Shown here: positions 1 to 12,100 of the stretch, one piece after another
Numbering within the stretch: position 1 is the stretch's first letter
How the letters are laid out: each line of letters starts with the position of its first letter
NCBI GenBank assembly: GCA_977030845.1
Contig: OZ365114.1
Location: forward strand, 26,164,001 to 26,228,000
Source: Fimbriosthenelais zetlandica
Lineage: Eukaryota
Direction: 5' to 3'
Length of the DNA: 64,000 nt
Notes under the pieces: model-generated
Database searches by the model: none
What the model was told of the DNA's origin: nothing
The model's input: the letters and a program-made list of their open reading frames with translations, nothing else
Program-made: the position numbers and the translations under genes

Positions 1-2034
1 AAGGGCGCCAAGGTGGACTCAGGGGATGTTAGGCTACTATGTGGGTTGTTTTCCTTCCTTGTGTTCCATTCCGGGGGGTTGTCTTGTCACTGCATCAAGA
101 AGATGCCATTGGGAATGCCAGAGGTCTTCCCCTCGTTGCCCCCCTGCAGACCCTAAACCGACAGAAACATGACCTCAGCCACCAGAGTGCATACTGTCCT
201 TCCATAACCAACAAAGCCCTGACAATCACAATCAAGTCCACCTTCTCATCCTCTATTCTTTTTTTACCTTGAAATCTTTTCCCAACTCAAAATTATCCCT
301 CAGAAAACTATAGAGGTTTTCCAGGAGGAGAAGTGATATATTGCTGTCATGAAAGCATTGGAATGCAATGCTCCGTTGTAATTTGACTTCAATTTTCTTG
401 TTTGATTTCCCCGCAGACATTCAATCAGCAGGAGGAAATTGGACTTCATTGTACACTTCCGCCTCCTCATATGTACACACATTCCTCATAATACATGTGT
501 GTTGACAAACCCCCAAACCCGGACAACTCTACCCACGCGGGTGTACCCTAAAACGCTGTTAATATTCCTACCCATTGATCACTACCTGTCTTCTGTGGCA
601 TTTCTGTTGCCAGCCAAAAGAAAATTAATCTTGTTTTCAGTTCAGCTATGCAAAAGAATGACTAGGGATATAACTATATTTATTTAATATTTATCATATA
701 TATTTCTCAATATCAGAAATTATTTCAGGTTTGTGATTTTCCACTGTATTACTCGGCCAATCCGTTTCATTCCATTGCATGAATCCTCGCTCCCTAAATC
801 TACTTAACAGGCAAGCATAGTTCATATATACAGCATTCTACCCTGCAACATAGGCTCCTCTCCAAAAGCCTGGAGCCTGAATGTTATTGAGTTGACATTT
901 GCGGTAATAGAATGACATGTGTTCCCTTTCCAGTGCGTCCGAATCAATTAGCCTCTGTCCCCCTCCTGTCCCCCCTCCTACTTCCCTCATACAGCTTATA
1001 TGGCTAACCTCCCACCATAACCTGGCCTTAGCCCCCCAACCTTCACTACCATGTCAACCAAAAACATACCTAAGCATTTATCGATCCATTGCCTGTATAT
1101 AGTGCCACTTAATACAAGGGGCCTATATAGGAAAAGGGCATTTGGGTGAAACTGGAGAAGTTTATCAGTTGTGTCAGTTTGTGTGATAGGCTAGTTTGTC
1201 TGTCGCCACCTATTGGTGAAGATTAGGGATATTGGTTGGCCGTGTTGGGAGGGGTATATATTTGCCATGGTCACGCTGCCTTGTCACGATTTTTCACTGT
1301 AGGAGTGGAAAAGCACTTCAGGACACGAGCTTCAGCATGTGGCTTGGGTGGCTATAAGTGGCTTCACTAAGTGGCCTGAGAACTGATGATTGCAACTGAA
1401 ATACATCCTAGTGGTTATAAACTTTCCATTCCAGTTCTCAACCTCCTAACATATGCCAAACAGTTCGCATCTGCTCATGATACTTCAAATTTAAATCAAT
1501 TAATAGATTTAACATTTGGTAGATTTATTCACTTACACTGTTACAGACAATATTGGTATAAAACGCGCGGTTAATACTAATTATAAGGACACAACTCTGC
1601 AGTGAATGAGTGATTTCGGGAAGAAAGCTTTCTCTCAGTTCCCATAGTTTGTCATCCAGCAATGCCCTAACAGGAAGAAAGCCCCCGCGCTAAAGCAACT
1701 ACCAATTAGTCTGACAGATGATAAGGAAAAATGTGTGAAAATAACGGGGTATTTATTAACGATGTGCCTTATGACGGGTGTGGACAGATTCACCCCGTCC
1801 CCAGGCCATGATTAGGCTTATTCCTCTCAATGTTAGAAGGGAACAGTTTGCTAAAGGGGCAGGGCAGTGAGAAGGGTCATTTATCTTAGTGGTCTAATGG
1901 TTAGGGAAGGTGGAAAGCGAGGTGGTTTTTTATCTTTTGGTGTGAAAATTGTACGATCTGAAGGGGTTGGTGTGGAGGGCAGGGGTGAAAGCAATTCAGG
2001 CTCATTTCTCTCAAGGGAAGGTCTCACTCGCTGG

Positions 2035-2116
2035 CCAATTGGAATGCGCATGCGCTGCCAATACCATACTAATCACCGTAATATGATCATTGCGCATGCG
2101 CGCCGAGTCACGTGAC
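2035..2116. promoter_or_regulatory. Promoter-like motif cluster: CCAATTGG, two TGCGCATGCGC (NRF1-type), CCAAT, GTCACGTGAC (USF/TFE E-box)
   Basis: TGCGCATGCGC at 2045 and 2091, GTCACGTGAC at 2107, CCAAT at 2035 and 2058, within 82 bp of a CpG-poor background. Confidence 0.45.
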
Positions 2117-2638
2117 CACTGGCCTCGTCTCCATATGACCTGCGGGGAGAAAGTGTGTATGATTGGGAGACAAGGGCCATAATTTACTGGAACGTGTGTA
2201 AAAAGGTCCTTGGCCCTTTTTGAATCATAGGGCGGTAGGGTATGGAGCATGATTGCCACACACCTAATCAGACAAGACCGATGCTGCTTGCTTGCATAAT
2301 ATATCAATGCTGATTTTGACTATTAATAGGAATGCCACTTTTTTCCTCCTTTGCACGGATCGGATTTCTTTGGTTCTGTCATTGAAGCCTGCACCTGAAG
2401 TGCTCCGAACTGCTTTTCTTTGTACAAGGGGTGAAAGGTGGCAGTTTATCCAGGCATTGCTGAGGTCTATATGAAGACACGTCAACTCCCTTATGACGTT
2501 TGTTCACACAAGTTCCCTAGATCTTGACATCAAATAATATTATATTTCCATCCTTGGTGTTAATAATGAAGTGATGATACAAATGTGTATACGTAAAAAA
2601 TATAGTATTTGCTACCAGTGACTTGGAGGTACATAACA

Positions 2639-3042
2639 TTCAATTTACCTTGGTATCCACCGACTATGAGGAGCTAGCGGACAGTAGTAGGCTCCTCAAG
2701 TTAGACATATCTTACGAGTTTGTGTAATTGAACATTGCTCCCTTGTAATTGGCTCACACAGCATTTTAAATTGACATGAACTGGCTGTGAGGCAATCAGT
2801 CAGAGTGTATCCTTGAGCCATAGAAGCCCATCTTGGTTGGTAGGGAAAAGGGGGTATTGGATGAAGGAGGAGAAACTAGGGCACAATGTAATAGTGGGGT
2901 TGGGTACACTCTAGTGCTATAATAAGTCAAGCAGCAAGGAGGCCAGTAGTTGGGGGCAGGCAATGGACCAACATTGACTTGGACAAATCCACTTAGAGCG
3001 ATCCCAATCTAATGTCTATACACTGGACCAAGGTAAATTGAA
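2639..3042. mobile_element. Candidate non-autonomous DNA transposon (MITE), 404 bp
   Basis: Perfect 16-bp inverted repeat TTCAATTTACCTTGGT (2639-2654) / ACCAAGGTAAATTGAA (3027-3042); no coding capacity; no target-site duplication seen. Confidence 0.5.
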
Positions 3043-3111
3043 GCTTTGTGCTAGGAAGGCAATATAATGAACATGGATATCTGTGCTATAGCGAGCGCAT
3101 CGAACTATTTC

Positions 3112-3183
3112 TCAGGAGCCTGTTTCAAAAGGAATATAGTCTATGGATACGTAGGCTCGTATTCGTTTGAAACAGGCTCCTGA
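3112..3183. repeat. Hairpin (MITE-like) element, family copy A
   Basis: Perfect 18-bp arms TCAGGAGCCTGTTTCAAA / TTTGAAACAGGCTCCTGA around a 36-bp spacer. Confidence 0.8.
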
Positions 3184-3836
3184 TCAGCCATTTTCCATTT
3201 CTGTGGAAATTCCTATAGATGCCAGTTAATGTGAATGGCCACGTCCAAGCAATTGGGAAAATGCCACATCAAAGCATGACTTAATGCCTTGGGATCATCA
3301 TGATTGTATCTTCTATGTTTCTTAACGTGATAAGGACGTATCACACTTATTGCCTTGTGATGACTCTCATCCTCAGGCAATCATTTGATAGACTGGAGAA
3401 TGTGTGTACAAACTGGAGCCTAACTGGGGGCTGGGTGTGTGTGTGTGTGGAGGTTAAGATAAACGATGATGATGAATATAGACAAGCTATCTCATTATCC
3501 TCGTGTCTGTTGTCTTCAATAATATTTGTAGCTGTCTCTTGGATGTGGGTCGGTCTTCTGAGACAATACCTCCAATAGTTGATACAGTGCATAAGGAATG
3601 CTAGTGTAAATACGTGGCTAGGGTCACCGTCTATTCTCATTGGTCATCGTGGGAGAGTGGGTCAGTTTACTGGAATGGAATAAACATCCAGCTCCTTTGT
3701 ACAAACATTTCCGTTTTTTTCCATGTGCTAATCTCTGAGCAAACACTGGTTGATTGCAGCAGTAGTTCTATTTAGCTTTTCCTCTTTGAACTTCGTTAAA
3801 AGTGAATCTATTTTTAAGATTCTTGAAGAGTGGATC

Positions 3837-3960
3837 AATTTATATGTACTTAGCAGCACTTCTAATATAGCACCTTAATATTTTAAGAGTTAGTACATTA
3901 AATTCAAGGTGTGAAGCACTCATACGATCAGTAAAATTTATATGTGCTTAGCATCAGTTC
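3837..3960 (+). repeat. Degenerate direct repeat, 26 bp x2, 98 bp apart
   Basis: AATTTATATGTACTTAGCAGCACTTC (3837-3862) vs AATTTATATGTGCTTAGCATCAGTTC (3935-3960), 23/26 identical. Confidence 0.6.
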
Positions 3961-4514
3961 GGGGTCTATTCTGCCTCCCAGGGGTCAAGCATATGTGCTC
4001 GACTATGTACAAGGAATGCCACGCTGCAAGAACAAAGTTCCAAGAGCGACAAAATCATAAGGAAAGCTTCCCCTTTACCCTCCCAAGCTACCAGCCTGTC
4101 TAGCGGTCCCTCACATGTATAAACCACATCTAACCTAGCTTAGATAGTAGGCGGGGCATTTTTCATTTCGTTTAGCCTCATCAAAGATAGGTTTAGTATT
4201 AACTGACCTCCCCTGATAAGACTATCAACACGGTCTGTGACCGGGAACGCGCCAGGCCTGCAGTTTTGTCACTGTAAGCGACTGGGCACAGTTGGTTACT
4301 GCCATCTATGGGCAGGCCTGATTCCCGGGGACCGTTTGCCTTATTCAATTTGTACAACTTTGATATGTGGCCATCCCTGGAGGTCTGGGCACTCTATTTT
4401 TCAACCAATCAGGAAGCATGATGGATTGAGTGCGGTGTTTGATGGCGTCCGCCGATAACCCTCATGTCAGAACGAGGCTAAAACTAATTCCGGAAGGGAT
4501 TTCCCAGCATTCTG

Positions 4515-4724
4515 TGACGTGAGGGAATCCCCAAGGAGTCTAACAATGCTTTCTATTAGTTGTTACAAGGCTAAACAATTAATTGTGCATATCACACTGG
4601 CTTTCCACTCAATTTCATCACGTCAACGCTATTGTTCTGTTGTTTGACGTTGCTATGACGTGGCGAGCACAGTCCTGTCATTGCTTTCCTCTTGAGATAT
4701 TCAGCCTGACGTTTTGGCACGTCA
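4515..4724. promoter_or_regulatory. Homotypic cluster of six TGACGT (ATF/CREB-type) sites
   Basis: TGACGT or its reverse complement at about 4515, 4620, 4645, 4656, 4707 and 4719. Confidence 0.45.
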
Positions 4725-5570
4725 TAAATCTCAATTTCAACTCAGTTCTGCATATTGAACCGTGGTTCTCATTAGAAGTTTCAGCGATGAACGTGCTACG
4801 GTGCTCATTTATGGATATTTGTTCATGAATACGTGCACTTTATATTATTGAAGTGATATTGTTCACAGATCGGGAATATTTTGTGACTAATCGCTTCATA
4901 ATACATGGGAGACGCCCGGCTAAACTGCAGGACATGCTGGGTACAAAATGTTCGTACGAAAAAGGCCCCGAGGCAGTTGGGAAATGGCGGCCGCTCTAGA
5001 TTGGGTGTCTGTCCTATTTATTTTGGATGCTGGGGGAAAAACGGCGGGCGACGCCCAAGGAAATCAGCCTAAAACCCCTACATGGGGCGGAGGTCGATGG
5101 AAAAGGGCATGTACTAGATTTATGTGACAGAAACTTATATTTAGCTACAATCATGTCGGGCCTATATCTATTAGTTTGTAAATCGATATGTGAATATTCT
5201 GACGTACTTTTAAATGGTCGCTACGGTAGTATATCTCCACCGTCTTATAGCATGACGTCTCGAAAGAATAATTATCTATATACACCAATCGCTTGATTGT
5301 GACATATATATCTCCCAAATGGAAGGTCTTCTGTCACAACCATGGTCTCTCTAGCCTGAACAGTCATGATTCGCCTGTCATTGATTGAAAGCCCTTGGGG
5401 CTAGTGCAGCAAGCATTTCATTAATTTCAACATCACTGTCCTTCCCGTCATAATCCCCAATCGTTGAAACCTCTATATATAACCATGGTTTTCGTATAGG
5501 AGCTCCACTTCTGAAACATTTGCACTCAGTGAAAATGTTCAGTCTCTCTTCTGAACACCCTGTTGGGGAT

Positions 5571-5640
5571 TTCTGAGGGCCGTTTCAAAAGTAACATTAG
5601 CAACGCTAAGTCTAATATCGTTATGAAACAGGCTGCAGAA
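5571..5640. repeat. Hairpin element, family copy B (degenerate)
   Basis: TTCTGAGGGCCGTTTCAAAAGTAACATTAG ... CTAATATCGTTATGAAACAGGCTGCAGAA; imperfect inverted arms related to copy A. Confidence 0.65.
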
Positions 5641-7893
5641 TGTACCCATTAATTTCGAGCTTACTTTGAGCTAAGTATATATGATAAGTGAAAGCATCAC
5701 TAAATATATTCCATACTCGTTGGTATGAATGAATGATTATGGTTGAGGTTGAGGTTTGTGGGTAGGAAATGACTTTCTGTTGGCATCTTCCATAAATACA
5801 CACTATTACAGGGAGTTATGGAGAGAAAACAGCATGCCAACCATCAATTCAATCATTCTACATAGACCCTCCTAGTAGACTGTAGACGTGCGGGGAGCCC
5901 ACCTCCAAGGCTTCATGAACCCCTCCCTATGGTCAGCTATATTAATGGCCTATAAGTGTGATGTACCCACCAGAAAGTCTGACCCCAGCCTTGACCTTAA
6001 GGTGAAGGTCAAGGATGAGGTAGGTCAAGGTGAGAGGGGTCAGGGAGTGGACTCAGCAGGGAGGCATGTCCAACTGGGATGTCCTGGAGCTGGAGGCAGG
6101 ATCGCCTACATATTATCACTACAGGAGAACTTTCCATGATGCTGGTTTCGCCAAAGGCTATATGGTGCAAGTCTGGCATTTGGTACTATTACAGCCCTCT
6201 GCCATTTTGATGGCATGACATGATATGCCAGAATAGGATAAAAAATAATACTTTATTGTTATATAGCGTGTGTTCTCATCCAGGTGGCTATTAATATTTT
6301 GTTGGCTTCTGCGGAAGAACTATTACCAATTACTACTCATCCGTAGAAAAATATTTGCGGTTTGACGATATCAATAAAGTTATTGTCATTGGTTTATTGG
6401 ATACTGAGGCACAATGAGTGGATTAGTGCTATAGATCTGAGCTTAGAGTAAAATGAATTACTCTAAGATCTGAGGATGTTACTCTAGCTTTAGTGTGACT
6501 GGCCTTGGGAACCTCCTGCTGTGTAAGAATCAGTCTCTCCTAGAGAGATAACTAATAGGGCGTGGTGTAGGTCCCACTTCCCTCAAATGTTGGTCCCCCA
6601 ACATGTTCATCATGTTAAAAAGTTACATGATACTCCCGGCCGGTGCATGCTAATCATGCATGCCCCCATCATCACACATCATTTACCGGTTAAGTGTGAC
6701 ATGCGCACTCGGTGAACACAGCTAGCTTATGGTGGTTACTCCATTGGTTCTCCCGGCGAGTAACGATGCCGCGAGAAGCCACGAGAAGCCACTCTCCACT
6801 CTCCACTCTCCAGGAATGAATGTATGGATGAGCTCATTTATCAGGAATTTCTATGTCTACAATTAATCTATAAGCAAAGGTAGATCTAAAAGAGATTAAG
6901 AGTTTTGGCAAGAAAGAGAGCTGCTCGCAGAGATATATTAAAACTCAACAGCTCACCAAGCGGGAGGTCCACAATTGCCCCCAGGCTTACCAAGGCCTCC
7001 TTGCCAGCCCGCCAGCCCTTGACCTGTGATATTTAAAGCCTGTCAGAAACACAGAAGATTGACCAGGCTGTATTGAAACTTACATTATCATGTCTGTCAA
7101 ACTTGTCAGAGGTTAATTGAAATGTTACCACTCGCAAATGGTAATATGATTTGCCTCGAGCGCACATTTTTAATTTGGCAACAAAACTTCTGTTTTTAAT
7201 TGCCCAATATAAATGTCATTTTCTAACTGGGGGTTGGCAGATTTCAGGCATTGCCTGGACCCGTGAAATTGACTAAAAACTGTTGGAAATTGGCTCACAT
7301 GTGTCATCCATACTGAACCCTCAGCAGTATCTGGGCTCAGGACCCAGCATGCATCCTCTTTTTGTGATTTTTTTCAACTGGGCAGCTGTTTCAGGAATGG
7401 ATCTTTTTAGACACATTACTTTGTTTTTGATCATGGGCCTCTGTGATTTAAACTTTCTGGCTCCTTTCAAAACCAAGTGTGAAACTTTATGTTCTCGTAT
7501 GGTTTGGATTTGATGCCAGATAATTGAGAGTAACTTTATGCACAGTTCCCATCCACCTCGCGGCTTGGTTCAGATTTCTGTCCTGTATAGATTGGACCAA
7601 ATATGCCAGAATCTGAGAGAAAAGGACAGGCTAAAAGTTGGAATTATGGACTAACTTTATGACCCATTGTCAGTTTTTAACATTGAATACACTGCTCCAA
7701 GTTCTCATAGTGGATCCGATCCCTAAGCCTATTCCCAAGGCCTTCAAAAAACCAATCTCCTCAAGCCTGGAAGGCGTCAAGTACTGATAGAACCTTTGTA
7801 CAGCAAAACTCTTGGGTGTAAATCGCGGAAAAAGTTTGGCAGGATAAAATGTTGCGGGGATGGTCTCTCAGCCCTCGCACACGTGTGAGGTTT

Positions 7894-7926
7894 GGGGCTG
7901 GGTGGGGTGGGGTGTAGGCTGGGGGG
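7894..7926 (+). other. Potential G-quadruplex
   Basis: GGGG-CT-GGG-T-GGGG-T-GGGG-TGTAGGCT-GGGGGG: five G-runs with short loops. Confidence 0.5.
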
Positions 7927-8436
7927 TGGTCCCCATCCACCCTACCATGGGGGCACATTTCTGACATCTCTACATGATTTTTCTACTTCTCTCCCGCGGG
8001 AGCCTATCAATCTCAATTTACAAGCGTGTGCCATTATCTTCAGAACGCCGGAAAATGACGTATGGGATTTTATTATAAAGATCCTGGTTATAAACCAAGG
8101 GGTTGGTCTAGAGGTGAGGGGGTTAGATTAAGGGGTGGGCAAGGGGGTGAAAATAACCCCCTGGTTCCCTGACTTGTACTAATTGGATACGCCGGAGAGA
8201 TCAGAGTGTAAAATTTTCAGTCATGTGCCATGATCTCGAGAAAGCATATCTGAGATCCTTTGAAGAGGGTAACGCGCCTTCATTAATACATACTTTCAGG
8301 GTGTGAACTCCCCAGATATCCCTTAATAGATGTCTTTAACGGCGTGTTGCCCAACACCTTGGAGGCAGATGGAAACATGCATTACAACTGAAGGCAGTTA
8401 GAAACAAGTTTCTCCAACCGGTTTCACTCGGTGGCC

Positions 8437-8461
8437 GGAGCCTGTTTCAAAAGCTATATTA
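8437..8461 (+). repeat. Hairpin element, family copy C (left arm only)
   Basis: GGAGCCTGTTTCAAAAGCTATATTA; the first 17 nt match the left arm of copy A. Confidence 0.6.
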
Positions 8462-8910
8462 CATTGAAAAAATTTATATTCCCGGTTAGAATAAAAGAAT
8501 CATTTGAAAAAAATTTTTTCAATGCATATAAAGTACCCCCCTAGTCCAGTCATCACCTTCTTAACTGGTACCACCCAACTGGCTCTCTCAATATAGACCA
8601 ACATGTCCATGACAGCAAAAAATCCAGTGTACAAACTATACATACATACATGACATGTACACTGGTGATCGCAGGTAACAATAATGATTATGATTAAATT
8701 ATTCATAATTATAAACAAAAAATTGGTACCTTCTGGTGGTCTGAGGAGGTCCTCGAGGACCGAAACCACAGAACTGCATCAGCCCACACATATATACATA
8801 GATGTGTATTGACCTTTAACCCCTAATGCAAGCAACATATGCTTTGCAGTACCTAGAAATAAACCCGCTGTGTACCTGGGGCCAGGGCTGTAGAATACAT
8901 TTGAATAGCA

Positions 8911-8970
8911 CATGCAAATGAGCAGTCACATGCCATGAAACATGTAAATCAGCTGTCACATGCCATGGAA
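8911..8970 (+). repeat. 30-bp tandem duplication (x2) carrying an octamer and a CACATG E-box
   Basis: CATGCAAATGAGCAGTCACATGCCATGAAA / CATGTAAATCAGCTGTCACATGCCATGGAA, 26/30 identical. Confidence 0.75.
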
Positions 8971-9062
8971 CAAAACATTGGCGCGAAAAATCACATATTG
9001 GAATCTCTATAGAGTCAGTTCTGCGGTCACCGAGCCAGGAGGAAGGTGAGATCTAGCTTTTC

Positions 9063-9100
9063 TCAAAAGCTATATTAGCCATAAACTAATATCCTTTTGA
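9063..9100. repeat. Hairpin element, family copy D (inner part)
   Basis: TCAAAAGCTATATTAG-CCATAAA-CTAATATCCTTTTGA; inverted arms; shares 15 nt (TCAAAAGCTATATTA) with copy C. Confidence 0.6.
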
Positions 9101-12100
9101 ATTCAATTCAATGTCTAGCATGTCTTATTCTGCTGTATGAGGATCTTTTGTTGTATATGCTGGTTGACCAACCAAGGTTTCTATCAATATCTCTCATATT
9201 CACCATGAATATATTTCATGCTATGTTTAAGAGATGGCAGGTCACTCTGGTCTTTTGAAGCTATGACTCATCTCATATAAAAATGTTACCCAAAAATTGA
9301 TAGATTGGTCCCTGGGCGCTGATCTAAATATAAGCCATGAAGGATGGAGTTAAAGAGAGATGTTAGCACCTAGATCCCCTCATGGGACTCTAACCACTGC
9401 TTCCCCTCTCCCCTACCCCTCCTCCACCCCACCACCCCGAACCCCCGTTCACCAGAGTGTACCGTAATCTTGTAAAGTCACGATTGGAAGCGACAACATC
9501 TTGGAGGAATCCAGACGTAAGATCTTGTTACTCTAATGATTATGGCAAGACAAAGACCGCTCGCCCCATCTACCGAGTGGTCTATGATTCAGACGAGCCC
9601 TCCCTCTGCTCGCGGCCGCCCTCGCAAATAACGAGATCACAGACGAGAGTTGCGAGCTGCTTCCGCCAGGGCCCCAATCACCATAGTAACGAGGATAATA
9701 ATCGTCATCACCATCATCATCGTTTTTCTTGCATAAATGTAGCTGCGAGGAGGTGTTAACATCCGGGTCGTTCAGCAGGGCCAAGATGGCGGTCGCTTGA
9801 CCGGTTACCATGGCAGCGAACTCTCCTCTGATCTTCCTGTGGGGATGCTTGGCTTGTTTAATACGTCCCTGGCAACCCACACGATCAAAGCTTAGTCCCT
9901 TAATTCAGTTAATCCCCTTTGCCAGAGTAAGACGTTTGCCAACTTGTTCTGACTCACTGCCTTGGATCCTTATTCTCCCCTAGAACGATCAGCCAGAATT
10001 CTATAACGACCCGAGTCTATTGGGAAGGACTAGACGAAGGGCAATATAGACACAAGTAGTACCTCTACCTCCCTCTAGGGAAGATCTGCTCTAGAAGAGA
10101 AGGGAATCCTTCATTCAATGACTGTATGTCATTAGATTCTATAGGCCTACAAGAGTAAAAAGAAAGGGAGTAAAAAGAATTTAAGTACTTCTTGAGATGA
10201 GAACCACTTTATAAAATGAATACCCGATTTACCTTCCTGTACATCACTTCCATACTGTGGTATCTACACCTGAGTATACATGTACATTATTCTCACTTTG
10301 TTTCCATAACCTCTATGCTTGTACTGAAGCAGGTATACTGAAGGAGGCTGAGGGCAGGGTGTGTAAAGGAATGCATAATGGCAACCATGAAGGAACCCTC
10401 TGAACCATGTGTTTACCTCAACACCTTATTGAAAAAGTGTACCCTGCCTGGCAACCCCCATCCCTCTAATCATCCATCCCCCAACTGGCAAGCCTATCCA
10501 CACATGAGCCCTCTGAGCCCCCCTTCCTTCCGCAAGCACATGCCTCAGCATCCTGGTGACAGTTTTCTGGAGGTATCCTCATGGGGGGTTCAGGTAGGGG
10601 GTCCAGACCACCCCTCAACTCCTGGCCTTTCATACCTCCAGCGATACCCTAAAACACAGGTAGGGATCTGAGAACATGGGGCTAGCTAATGGAGCTTAGG
10701 GGTTTAATTTGGTGGTGAATGAGCGCAACTGCCATTTTGATGGAAGGTCAGTTAAAGAAGAAAGCGCTACGGGAAATCCCGGAAGGAAGTCTGGTTTTGG
10801 GCGATAATAGGCAAAGTTATGGTTCTTGAATATCCAACATTAAAAGTCTAATAAGTTTAGAGTAAAAAAAACATTAGAGACATCAAGGCTGTTAATCTTC
10901 TAAAAAATAAAAAGGGAAATTTTGGAGTGTCGGTGCGCACCTTGGACTAAATGTTACGCATATTTGAGGGATGGTAAAAGAGCCTTTGATATAAAGGTCG
11001 CAATATTTTCATGACCAACCCGATCCGTCTACATGTACATTCTATCTCAAGACATCTAGTTATGTTTGGGGAGCTTTGGTCACATGCTCGGGTTACATGC
11101 ATAACATGGAAATTCCTGCAGGGGCCATGTCCACGGTAGGTCCCTCAACAATCCCCCAAACTAACACCCACCACCACTCACCACCACCGACCTAACACCA
11201 CCCCACACCACCACCTAAAGCTTGATGACTCACCCGCATTTTTATCAGACCTGAATAAGGAAAATAATCAATTCTATTCCTCCAAAGGCAAATAAGGAAA
11301 AAGCAAACCAAGCCCAAAATGAATACCCCCACTTCCTTTGATCTCTATTCATTAATACCTCGATCAAGTAAATGCAAGCATTTGCCCTAACAATATATCA
11401 AAAGACAAGCCTGAAAACCCGGGGTCTATTGGTGTGCCAGTACTATATGAACTGATACGAGGGCAAAAAAAGGTCGCTTTCATCTGATAACGGAGTGTAG
11501 TTTCATGTGGTGAGGTGAAATTTCATCATTAATTCCAGATTGCTTGCGGGGGCATTATTAACATGGAAAAATCATCTATTATCGCTCTCCCCTTAGACCT
11601 GCTGATATGAGCATGGTTTTGGATTTATTTAAAAATACAATATGCATAGGTCTGCCTTGGGCCCCCATGACTGAATATTTGGCGCCGCTCCTTGTGGCCG
11701 GGTGAGTGATGTGGCTGCAACAATCGTTGTCAGTCTAAGATTCACCGAGGGTGAGAGGTTGTCCATTCTGCTAATCCATTTACCTTCCATCCCACCTCCC
11801 CCTCGATCTGGATCTGTCAGCCAATCAACAGCGCCCCCACTGACCTTCACCTCTGCCCTTCCTGTCACCTGTATCACTCAGAACTTGACCTAATTCAGTG
11901 GTAAGGGTACTTGCCTCAAGGTGGCTTTACCAAGCAAGGTGTCCGAATGGAAATCATCAGTCCTCTAATCTATTTTCGGACATATAAAAGAACATGCTAC
12001 AAAATACATCTAATACACTCAAGACTCGATGTCAAAATTGTAATTAACGACTCCTATTTTAATGCTGATATCTCAAAGTTGACTGAAATGCTTTGGAATG

